DNA of 64,000 bases from positions 190,216,001 to 190,280,000 of the forward strand of contig NC_042997.1 in NCBI RefSeq assembly GCF_006345805.1, read 5' to 3'. Below are positions 39,457 through 51,490 of this stretch, piece after piece; the stretch's first letter is position 1, and every line of letters begins with the position of its first letter. The notes under the pieces were generated by a model. It had not been told where the DNA came from. It saw only the letters and a list, made by a program, of their open reading frames with translations, and searched no databases. Source of the DNA: Octopus sinensis (Eukaryota). Made by a program: the position numbers and the translations under genes.

Positions 39457-40116
39457 GAGTGAGAGAGCAGTTCATGCCATCAAAGTGACACTGGGGTAAA
39501 ATATACGAAGCCCAATATACCCATCATGACTACCCGTCTGATAAGGGTACACCAGGCACATGCATCACAACCAAATGTGCGCGACATAGTGATCTCATAT
39601 CAAGATAAACAGCACATGACCTTGCAGGTGGGGCCCAGTTAGAATTTTCTTCAGGTTGAGTAGCCCATCCCGCTCAAAAGGTCCCTGAATAAGGGTTGTT
39701 TAAGGATGTTGAAAAAACCACCCATGTTTCCAGAGGTGAATTATTCTAACCCCCAAAAATCCCTCTCAACACATGGCTATGATGCTCCCCCACTACTTCT
39801 GCTCGTGATCAGAGATGCACATATCGTCAGCCACTAAGGTACATGCTCTACTACTGGTTATGGTCAAACAATGACAAGCAATCTGTGGTATTGAGCAGAA
39901 TATTGCTGTAGCCCATCTTTTATACCAAGACAAAACAATGTACATGATAACACTTCCAATCAGTTAAGATCAGAAGCCATGAGAGCCACTGCCTGGTACT
40001 GCATCAGGGCATTGATAACACTTCCAATCAGTTAAGATCAGAAGCCATGAGAGCCACTGCCTGGTACTGCATCAGGGCATGGTACTGCATCAGGGCATGG
40101 TACTGCATCAGGGCAT
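39457..40116 (-). mobile_element. non-coding retroelement embedded in (TTA)n (family G)
   Basis: Flanked by long (TTA)n arrays; a decayed 3'-end copy at 54932-55069 is also in (TAA)n; 5' end is reiterated. Confidence 0.7.
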
Positions 40117-40132
40117 ATTATTATTAACAGTA

Positions 40133-40172
<40 letters not shown>

Positions 40173-40201
40173 TATTATTATTATTATTACTATTAACAGT
40201 A

Positions 40202-40250
<49 letters not shown>

Positions 40251-40364
40251 AAGTATCATATTATTATTATATTATTATTATTATTACTATTAACAGTATT
40301 CATTATTATTAATTATTATATTATTATTATTATTATTATTATTAAAAGTATATTATTATATTAA

Positions 40365-40404
<40 letters not shown>

Positions 40405-40457
40405 AGTATCATTATTATTAATATTACTATTATTATTATTATTATTATTATTATTAA

Positions 40458-40495
<38 letters not shown>

Positions 40496-40819
40496 TTATT
40501 ATTATTTATTGATGATGTTAATAGTAAATATTGCTTCGTATAACACGAAAAAGTTTAGAAGCATTAGTTAAATGATGGAATTTATCTGGATCTATAGATA
40601 CATTTTAAATAACGATAATGAGCTAAAAACCATAGCGTGAGGAAAAGGATTAAATCAAAGTTTAGGGAGCGGCGTATATATAGATTATCAATATTTGAAT
40701 TTAAGCAGAATGTAAGCGTAGAACAACGTTTGAAAAACATACAACCCATATGAGTATTTAATTATAATGAAAGGAATTAATTTGTGCGGGATAATTTTAG
40801 AATATACAGACACTATATG

Positions 40820-41094
40820 GGCGCAGGAGTGGCCGTGTGTTAAGTAAAGGCGCAGAAGTGGTAGTGTGGTAAGTAGTTTGCTTACCAACCACGTGGTTCC
40901 GCGTTCATAGACGCAGGAGTGGCTGTGTGGTAAGGAGCTTCTTACTTACCAACCACATGGTTCCAGGTTCAGTCTCACTACGTGGCACCTTGGGCGAGTG
41001 TCTTCTACTATAGCCTCGGGCCGACCAAAGCCTTGTGAGTGGATTTGGTTGACGGAAACCGAAAGAAGCCCGTCGTATATATGTATATATATAT

Positions 41095-41133
<39 letters not shown>

Positions 41134-41375
41134 ATCTTTGTGTGTCTGTGTATGTCCCCCACATCGCTTGACAAGAAATGGTGGTGTGTTTACGTCTTCG
41201 TAACTTAGCGGTTCGGCAAAAGAGACCGATACAATAAGTACTAGAATAAGTACTAGCCTTACAAAGAATAAGTCCTGGGGTCGATTTGCTCGACTAAGGG
41301 CGGTGCTCCAGCATGGTCGCAGTCAAATGACTGAAACAAGTAAAGGAGTAAAAGAGTAAAAGAGTAAAAGTGTAA
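40820..41375 (+). mobile_element. SINE family A with two extra 5'-head fragments
   Basis: Heads start at 40820, 40849 and 40910. Confidence 0.9.
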
Positions 41376-41886
41376 ATAGTAATAAAGGAGAGGTATTAAA
41401 CTTCTTAAAGAAAATAATTATCAGGATTGCTGATAGATCAAGAGGACAGAATATTGTGAAAGTTTCAGATTATATTATTTGTTGAGTATTTAAAAGAATT
41501 TCTAGAAGTTAGTACGAAAAATGAAAGATGGAGAATATAGCTGGTTAATATCAGCAGAGATATGTAGTATAAGACGTAAATTACCTTGGTTTAAGTTCAA
41601 ATATGTCATGTCAAATGAAATGCCGGTTACGAAGTTATCTGGCACGACTGAATTTGTAAAAACGAATATAAAAAAATTACATTAAGCTAATTTAATAGAT
41701 GGATGGATGAAATTATGGAATTAGCATTTAAATTAATTGTTAAGTTTTGGTGTATGAATATTCAGAAGACCAAAAATTAGTGAATTACTATTAAAATCTA
41801 GAGATAAAGTCGCTCTCTCTCTCTCTGAAATATATATTATATATATATATATATATATACTACATATATATGTATGTATATGTATA

Positions 41887-41989
41887 ATATTGGAAGAAAT
41901 GAAGGTACTCAGAAATCTGGATGGTTTTATATTTACAGATATTTATCAGTATGTTACATGTTTTGTGAGTACCTCATTTCTTCTAATAT
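41887..41989. repeat. ~100-bp imperfect inverted repeat in (TA)n
   Basis: atattggaagaaatgaaggtactcagaaa / ttttgtgagtacctcatttcttctaatat. Confidence 0.7.
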
Positions 41990-42031
41990 ATAATACCTGT
42001 ACATCATTTCCAAACCTTCTAATATATATAT

Positions 42032-42066
<35 letters not shown>

Positions 42067-42885
42067 TATGATATATATATATATATGCGTATACACACAC
42101 ATGCACATGAAAGAATGCATAGAGATATGTGCAAAAACTTAAACGGATTATGAAATAATGAAAACATCGTTTACTATAAACGAAAATACCAAATATATAA
42201 ACGATAAGAAAATGTTATAACATATACACTTACAAGCTAAGTTTTACGTACATATGAGAAGCGTATACCCATACACATATTTATGCAAATGTAAAGACAC
42301 ACACACCTTGAAGAAATTATGGATGAAGGATTACAAATATATAAAGCGCAAATAAAAAGGCTTTATATTTATAATCTATCTGTCTATGTATCACACACAC
42401 AAACATACACGCATATATACGTTCATTTCTCCGTCACTTCAAGTATACATATATGTAGGTGACACATGTATTCATCTAAATGCTAGTATATAAATTCAGA
42501 AAAACATATATAGGTTAAAATATATTTAGAGCAGCTGGAATATACTGATATCATCCAGTGACAAGAGCATGTATTTGCTCGCGTTAAAAGTATAAAATAA
42601 TTGTTATAAGGCCGGTCAAAAAAAAAATTCGTTGGTCATCCAGAGTGTTAAAGTCTATAGCAATCCATATATAATAATTCATACTTAAATATTCTGTCAC
42701 AGATGCCGAAAAAGATTAAATGAAAGACAATAATGTCAAGATTGGATCCTCTCCTTCTATAATTGTTGAGTTATGTCAATTTTCAAATGATAGAGAATAA
42801 TTGGATGATCCCCTTTTATAATTGTGGATTTGTGTGAATGTAATCCATGACTCAAGTGACAGAGTATTACATAGAAACTGATAGA

Positions 42886-43265
42886 TCTATATATTTAAAG
42901 CTGAAGTTGTCTGTGTGTGTGTGGCATGTTTGGTAGCCTTCAACTAACACTATCACCTCCGAGACCCTGCGGCGTAAGTTGACTAAAATTGAGAATATGA
43001 TAGAAGAAGGCTTGCTCTTCATTCCGTAGAAGAAAGAATTCAATCAGACCATGTTACATCAAAAAGGTGCTTTTTTTCTATGAAAATCCCTATTTTTTTA
43101 CTATTTTGTTATTGCTGTGTCGCTATTTTTCGGTGTATTTCAACCAGAAAAATGTTCACTTAGAGAGAATAACAAGCTACATAATGCAAGATTTTTACTT
43201 TTCAAAAATTCCAATTCTAAAGGGTCGAAAAGTAAAACCTGAGCAACGCCGAGCTATACTGCTAG
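42886..43265 (+). mobile_element. non-autonomous Helitron (second family)
   Basis: A|TCtatatatttaaag start; 3' end cctgagcaacgccgagctatactgCTAG|T. Confidence 0.8.
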
Positions 43266-44546
43266 TGTTAAATAAAATAAGAAATCAGTGCGGTTTAAGT
43301 TGAGAGTATTACAACTTCAAAAACTAGTTAAAACTAATTTAGAGATTAAGTAGTGTTATATACGCTGTATTTTTGCCTAGAAATGCCAGAACTGTTTCGA
43401 AAAGCTCAGTAGTGCATATGTTGCAAAGTAATTTTCTCTAGTGTATCTGATTCTGGTAGAGTGCTTCATTTTAAATGACACTAAGTGACTGCGCTTATTT
43501 GTCTTTAAATTTCGAGTAAATCTACAGAGAAAGGAGTCATTACTCGTGTTCAATTCCCAAACGTATTTGTACAGCCTGAATTGGAATTTTAAAGAGTTAA
43601 GACCGCTGTATGCCTCCCACGAATGATTAGTCTGGGCAGTGTCCCGGTATAATTTGTCTTTACATTTTGATGCTAAGGATTCTCTTGCGATTCATGCTGA
43701 CTCAAATCATTGCTTTGGTATAGCAACAGAAGGCAGCAAATTAGGAAAATTGTCTGACATGAATTAAATGTCGTAGCAGAACAATTCTTTATGATGTTTA
43801 TGTCAAAGATTTATATTTTCTATATTTTCCCATCATATCATGGATGGGTGGATTTTCCAAATAAGGCGAAGACAATTTAAATACTGTGATAGTTCCAGCT
43901 AAATTAAAAGATCCATTCTGAGCGTTAGTGTTTCTTTTCTTATTGCTACGTATTCTTTTTCTAAGGACGTCATATTGTCTTCGTAGTCGATTCTGAAAAT
44001 AGTATTATAAAAGTACTTTTTTAAAATATCAGAGAATATATGCTTGTTGGCGGAATGCTATCGATGTATTTGTTCCTGGTGCGTGTGTAAGGAAATTATC
44101 TTTCGGTTCGGTGGTGAATATTTTAGTTTTTTCATTAAACCATATTGTATTCTCAATGGTTGCGTATTCTATAAATATGTGTAGCTTAAACTTATCTTCA
44201 AGTAAAAACAAATCAACGCTGTACGAGAAAGCACTGAATTAGAGACACAATCGCACCGGTATGGTTCTTGACTGTCTCCGTCTACCCACTCACAAGACAT
44301 AGGTGAAGTCGAAGTCATGGTAAAAGGCGCATGAAGGATTCTTCCGGGGATGGGGAAACAAGTACAACACCGTTATGTAAAAAAATCAACACCACTCATT
44401 CATGTAACAGTCGTAATATATATTATAACATGTATGAAATTAAACAAAATTGGGAAATGATGTCAATTTATTATATGTAACATATGTCACAACGTAATAA
44501 AACTCAACTAATTCTTTTGATGTACAATTTCAATAATTAAACCTAG

Positions 44547-44593
<47 letters not shown>

Positions 44594-44779
44594 ATGTATG
44601 TATGTTTATATTTGTATATACATATATTATATGTTTGTATGTATATATGTGTACATATATATATGTACATATATATATATATATATATAGGGAGAATTCA
44701 CGAAATAACAACAAACGAAGACAGGTGGTGTAGAAAACAAACAGATGTATTAGTATAACGCTCGGGAATTAAGAAAAGG

Positions 44780-44815
44780 CTTTTACGTTTCGAGCCTATG
44801 CTCTTCCACAGAAAG
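44780..44815 (-). ncRNA. minimal hammerhead-like motif, CTGTGGA core variant, in family E repeat (44689-44873)
   Basis: cttt-CTGTGGA-a-gagc-atag-gctc-GAAA-cg-TA-aaag. Confidence 0.65.
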
Positions 44816-44868
44816 TATCACAGAAAGAAACAAGGAGAGAAAAAAATGGGTGTAGTGGCTACCGATCT

Positions 44869-44936
<68 letters not shown>

Positions 44937-45944
44937 CATTGATATTTTCATTGATGAACAAAGCTTTCGTGAATATGGAAGCAGTTTCAATCGTGGATCA
45001 ACATCATATTTAAAAAGAAAATTGGTTAAAATTTCAATTTCGTACATGTTTAATAATGCTATGTATTTCAGAATGTGGAAAGGTTTTATAAGAGAATTTG
45101 TAGTCGGATAGGATTTGGAAGGATGTTTGTGGTCACAAATACAGATATAAAATCACGTTATATGAAACATATAGATATAGAAGAACATATATGTGTATGC
45201 GTACCTGTGTGTATGTTTGTATGTATCTTGGTGTGTTTGAATGTGCTGTTTGTGCAAGCGTGTACATATAATGCACATACATACATAAATGCATGTATAC
45301 TTACACAAAGATGTGTGCATGTGTATATAAATGCATTACGCATATAATTTTATATAAATGTGCATGGGTATACTTATATGTACCTACATCCACCCACACA
45401 CGCATATATACATATACACGTACGCAAGCACACATATGCGAGAGTGGATATGCTCATGCGTGTATGGGAAGGAAAGAATATCTGATAGGCAAAGAAGTGA
45501 AAATATATGTCTGTGCATAGTCGTACGTCTATATACGTGTACGCTTTGTTTTAAAATTTCCTTTTTATCTGGATTCATGGTCCTACGTGTGTGTCTTTGC
45601 GCTGATTCGTCTGTATGTGCGTCTGAGCATGTGCATATTCTTATAACATGCACTAGTTTTAAAGCCTGCGGCATTAAACCAATGTCAATGGTGCTGGAGT
45701 AGATATAGAAAGAAATTGTAAAAGGATATATATTATACAAAAGAAACGGCAAATGAGCTCCATAAAGATTCGTCATCTATTTTTTCTATTTTGTAGATAA
45801 GACAATACCACTGCATCTTTGCCTTTTTCAAAACGCGGTTTTAATTACTAACGTGTAATTTAACCATGCTTAAATAATTTTACTATTCATAATAAATGCA
45901 TTGCCATAGAACATAATCATATCTAACTCCTTCCCCTTTTCTCA

Positions 45945-45981
<37 letters not shown>

Positions 45982-46003
45982 CGCGTGTGTGTGTGTATCT
46001 ATC

Positions 46004-46039
<36 letters not shown>

Positions 46040-46065
46040 TGTATGTATGTATGTTTGTATGTATG

Positions 46066-46126
<61 letters not shown>

Positions 46127-46244
46127 ACTGCAAAAGCACGAATAGTGAATGTTAAATTATACTTTGGTAGAAGTGACAAGAGCCTCGCAACAAATGCTTT
46201 GTCTTAAAGTTACGCTTTTATATTTTATTCTGATTTCAGATCTC

Positions 46245-46603
46245 GCCGTCGACGCCGGAATTTGAACTTACAAGGTAAAATGGAAAGAAATACTGCTAAG
46301 AAATTTTCTCCTACATGCTCACTATTCTAACAGGTCAAGAGTAGTAAAAACATCGGTAATAATAATAAGAAGAATCCTCTCTACTCTAGGCACAAGGCTA
46401 AAATTTGGTGGGAGGAGACTGGTCGATGTAATCGACTCCAGTGTTCAAGTGGTACTTAATTTATCGATCCCAAAGGATGAAAGTCATAGTCGACCTCAGC
46501 GGAATTTGAACTCAGAACGTGAAAACGGACGAAATACCGCTATACATTTCGACCGGCGTGCTAACTATTCGGCCAGCTCGCCACCTTGATGATGATGATG
46601 ATG

Positions 46604-46644
<41 letters not shown>

Positions 46645-46840
46645 CTTTCTACTATAGGCACAAGGCCTGGATTTTGTGAAGTGGGGGACAATCGATCACA
46701 TCGCCCCTCAGTACTCAAATGGTACTTATTTCATCGATCCCGAAAGGATGAAAAGTAAGGTCGACCTCGGCGGGATTTGAACTCAGATCGTAGCGACAGA
46801 CGAAATACCGTCCGGCAAGCTAACAACTCTGCCAGCTTAC
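46245..46840 (-). mobile_element. cluster of three older family B-related SINEs separated by (TAA)/(TGA) repeats
   Basis: Repeated gtcgacctcggcgg..atttgaactcag cores near 46250, 46490 and 46760; tails ctactataggcacaaggcct. Confidence 0.75.
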
Positions 46841-46960
46841 TGCATTGATGATAATAATAAAAAAAATAATAATAATAATAATAATATAATAATAAAATAA
46901 TAATAATAATAAATAATAATAATAATAAAAATAAAAAAAAAATAATAATAATAATAATAA

Positions 46961-46996
<36 letters not shown>

Positions 46997-47291
46997 GAAG
47001 AAGAAGGAAATAAAACAAGTAGTAGTAGTAGTAGTAGTAGAAAAGGTGGAGGAAGAGGAGGAGAACGAGGAGTAGGAGGAGCAGGAGGAGGAGAAATTGA
47101 AATAGCGTACAAAAAATGCCAGGAGGACGTCGATGGTTTATAAAGTTGAAGAAATGAAGAAATGTGCAAGACACGCAGACGCACACACACTGACACATCT
47201 ACCCGACACAAACATACGAAGGACTGGCATAACTGCAGGACAAAATGACTTTAGAATGAAACAGATATTTATAAAAAAAAAAAAGTAAATA

Positions 47292-47354
<63 letters not shown>

Positions 47355-47624
47355 GCAAGAGAGAGAGAGAAATAACATGAAATTTTTCTGTTTCATCTAG
47401 ACATAAGCTGCAATATTTTTGCAAGATCAGCATTTCATATTACGTTTTCTGAATGCACATAAGATGCATGACTAAACGCAACGAGTTTTTATTATGTAAA
47501 ATTTTCAATCTACTTCTTTGACGGCGTCGAATGCTCACTGCAGTCTTGTTGCGAGTTGGCTGGCGTATTACGTAAGAATGATATACACTAAGTCTACTAT
47601 GAATATATATATATATATATATAT

Positions 47625-48393
47625 TTTTATTTGTTTCAGTCATTTGACTGCGGCCATGCTGGAGCACCGCCTTTAATCGAGCAACTCGACCCCGGGACTT
47701 ATTCTTTTGTAAGCCCAGTACTTATTCTATCGGTCTCTTTTGCCGAACCGCTAAGTGACGGGGACGTAAACACAAGCAATGCTAGGGGGACAAACACAGA
47801 CACACAAACACGCACACACACACACACATATATACACTACCGTCAGAAATTAATTAGCACCCTTGATTTGCTCTTCACTCAAGGTATGTGCTGTCACCTA
47901 GTGGCCATATCTCTAACTATTGCTTTGTTGCGAGTTCACTGTTGCGCAGAACGATGACGTAACTTTGTTTGCAGAGCAGTTTGAGAGTCTACAGCCTTAT
48001 GATGTTGACATAGCAGTGCAACAACAACTTGGAGTGCGGATGCAGACAAATCTTCCTTTGTTTAATAGATATAGGTAGCGCCTCGCAAGGACCGAAATCA
48101 CACCATACTAAGTTTTCTCATCGCGTAAGACGTTTTGAACAGCTCATAGGTTAATTGATTTAACCTATTTAATGTATAAATTTGAGAAGTGCTAATTAAT
48201 TTCTGACGCAAGTGTATATATACATTTATACGACAGGCTTCTTTCAGTTTCCGTCTACCAAATCCACTCACAAGGCATTGGTCGGCCCGGCGCTATAGCA
48301 GAAGAAACTTGCGCAAGGTGCCACGCAGTGGGACTGAACCCGGAACCATGTGGTTGGTTAGCAAGCTACTTACCACACAGCCACTCCTGCGCC
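47625..48393 (-). mobile_element. SINE family A interrupted by a MITE
   Basis: 3' half at 47625-47830 and 5' half at 48225-48393. Confidence 0.9.
47835..48214. mobile_element. Tc1/mariner-type MITE
   Basis: 26-bp TIRs cactaccgtcagaaattaattagcac / gtgctaattaatttctgacgcaagtg; TA on both sides. Confidence 0.9.
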
Positions 48394-48670
48394 ACATATA
48401 TATATATAAGTAATAAGTGTAAAAAATTGTATATTAATTTGATTATTATCAATTTAAACCATTAGCCTAGCCTATTGAAAAAATCTGACGATTCAGTAAA
48501 ATTATATTGCATATATATATAAGCGGGGTGACAACTAAGTGGACATCCAATATGCTAGATGTAGACCCTATATGGTCTGACCACTAAGAAAAGACTGTTC
48601 TCAAGAAAATTCAGCAAACGCCAGAACGTAAGCGAGCAAGACAAATGAAAAGATACAAAATATAATGATT

Positions 48671-48743
48671 AGTCACATACCAGGTTTCATTGTTACCACT
48701 TACATATTACATACGTAAATGTCTGCAATTCATCAGTGTGACT
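48671..48743 (-). ncRNA. type I hammerhead ribozyme with canonical core
   Basis: agtcaca-CTGATGA-attg...caat-GAAA-cctgg-TA-tgtgact: perfect 7-bp stem I, 4-bp stem II with a long loop, short stem III, GUA site. Confidence 0.85.
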
Positions 48744-48825
48744 GTCATAGGAAAATTAACTATATCTCTGTGTGCATGTATGTTTGCATGTGTGCGCATG
48801 TGTATATATCTTTACACATATGTAT

Positions 48826-49179
48826 TCTCTTATTCTTTTACTTCTTTCAGTCATTCGACTGCAGCCATGCTGGAGCACCGCTTCGAGGGGTTTTTTTTAG
48901 CCGAACAAATCAACCCCAGAATTTATTTCGTAAACCTAGTACTTATTCCACAAGCTTAGTGACAGGGAAGGATACACACCAGCACGGGTTGTCAAGCAGT
49001 GATGGGGTGACAAACATAGAGACAAAGGCAAACACATACATATATATATGACAAGCTTCTCTCTGTTTCCATCAACCAAATCCACTCACATGTATTGCTC
49101 AAGGTGCCACGTAGTGGAACTGAACCCTAAAACATATGGTTCAGAAGCAAGATTTTTACCACACAACCACACTGCGCCT
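48826..49179 (-). mobile_element. SINE family A, degenerate
   Basis: cagtcattcgactgcagccatgctggagcaccgc...aaggtgccacgtagtggaactgaaccc. Confidence 0.75.
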
Positions 49180-49202
49180 ATATATGTATGTAGCATTTTG
49201 AA

Positions 49203-49978
49203 GGCGGCGAGCTGGCAGAAACGTTAGCATGCCGGGCGAAATGCTTTCGTCTGCCGTTACGTTCTGAGTTCAAATTTCACCGAGGTCGACTTTGCTTTTC
49301 ATCCTTTCGGGGTCGATTAAATAAGTACCAGTTACGCACTTGGGTCGATATAATCGACTTAATCCGTTTGTCTCTCCTCGTTTGTCCTCTCTGTGTTTCG
49401 CCCCTTGTGTGTAGTAAAGAAATAGGTATTTCGTCTGCCGCTACGTTCTGAGTTCAAACTCCGGCGAAGTCGACTTTGCCTTACATATTTCCGGGGTCGA
49501 TTAAATAAGTACCAGTTACGCACTGGCGTCGATATAATCGACTTAATCCGTTTGTCTGTCCTTGTTTGTCCTCTCTGTGTTTAGTCCCTTGTGGGCAATA
49601 AAGAAATAGGTATTTTGTCTGCTGTTACGTTCTGAGTTCAAATTCCGCGCAGGTCGACTTTGCCTTTCATCATTTCGGGGTCGATTAAATAAGTACAAGT
49701 CATGCACCGGGGTCGATGTAATCGACTAAATCCCTTTGTTTGTCCTTGTTTGTCCTCTCTGTGTTTAGTCCCTTGAGGGCAATAAAGAAATAGGTATTTC
49801 GTCTGCCGTTACGTTCTGAGTTCAAATTCCGCGCAGGTCGACTTTGCCTTTCTATCATTTCGGGGTCGATTAAATAAGTACCAGTTATGCACTGGGGTCG
49901 ATGTGATCGACTAAATCCCTTTGTTTGTCCTTGTCTGTCCCATCTATGTTTAGCCCCTTGTGTGTACAATAAAGAAAT
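49203..49978 (+). mobile_element. SINE family B, tetramer
   Basis: One head plus four ~184-bp units; junctions at 49425/6, 49609/10 and 49793/4; single flanking direct repeat tatatgtatgtagcat. Confidence 0.9.
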
Positions 49979-50657
49979 ATATATATATGTATGTAGCATG
50001 TATAGCATATTGTTGGGTCTACATTGTTTGGCGATACGATTTCAGATGATCGACCAGCTGAGTTGCTTGCCTCCGAATTAATGAGCAAATGACTGAGGAT
50101 TTGATTTGACAGACATGTGGAGCCTTAACATGATTCTCTGTGAGTCTAAGTATCGTAGTGTGAGATAAATACATTACACTTCTTTGAGTTGCAGTGTAAT
50201 TTACCCGTTGAGCTCCTGCGCTTTTTCCTCGCCATAGCAAGAAATAATTTATTCTAAAAGCTACACAGTGCAATCGAACTTGCGACCTCGTGGTTATCAG
50301 GCAACCATATAATAAGTTTCGCTCATATTACGCCTACAATTGCTACTGCCACTATATACGCATAACAAAAAAGAATAGAGTATGTTCTTTTATTATGCAA
50401 ATATACACTACAGCAAAAACACTCATAAAGATACATACACACACACACACATGCATATATATACTGATTCTTTATTTCATGCATATATATACACGTATAT
50501 GTATCTAAGTATATACATATATGCGTATGTATGTATGTATTTATGTATGAATGTATGTATGTATGTATGTATGTATGTATTTATGTATGAATGTATGTAT
50601 GTATGTATTTATGTATGTATGTATCTATCTATCTGTCTATCTATCTATCTATATCTA

Positions 50658-50696
<39 letters not shown>

Positions 50697-50770
50697 ATAT
50701 TATATATATATATATATGTATGTATATATATATACATATAATAATGTATGTATATGTGCATATATATATA

Positions 50771-50816
<46 letters not shown>

Positions 50817-50820
50817 ATAT

Positions 50821-51458
50821 ATACATGCATAAACACATACCTATACATATAATGTTCACATGCATTCATAATAGAGACATTTAATTATACATAAGTATTC
50901 ATGTATGCTTGTATATGTTTGTGGGTGTGTGTGAAAGTGGGTGTGCTGTACGTAGACTGTTGTGTGCAAAAGAGAAGTATTTGTATGTACGTGCAAAACA
51001 AAATACGCAGCGAGAAACGCATATATATTCACATATATAAAGTCATTGACGCATATAGATATACCTACAAACATGCACGAAGATACGCACATACATATTT
51101 TTATATATGTGTGTTTGTGCGACTCTAAGCGAATGTGTGTGCGACTCTAAGCGTACCTGTGTACGACTCTAAACGTATGTGAATGTCTTTCTGCGTGTTT
51201 CTGTCACACCGTATATTGGCTCTCATTCACACAAAGGCATCTCCAACTATGCACATATCTACATATGTATGTACGAGAAAAATGTAGAATCCGCATAAAA
51301 CTGCTATATGAACAGCAGAATATGTGCTGATTCAGCGCTTACTACAATCATCATTCTGGCTGTATGTTTCTCTTCATCCACTAGCGTTAAACACGTGTAT
51401 TTCTCGTTTTCCCTTTTGTGCTTATAGACATATACCTATCTATCTATCTACATGTATG

Positions 51459-51490
<32 letters not shown>

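Noticed and set aside
49203-49978. Regularly spaced repeats resembling a CRISPR array or a hammerhead retrozyme
   Set aside because: Units are contiguous 184-bp SINE bodies without unique spacers; no CTGANGA/GAAA hammerhead core found on either strand; no cas genes; eukaryotic context.
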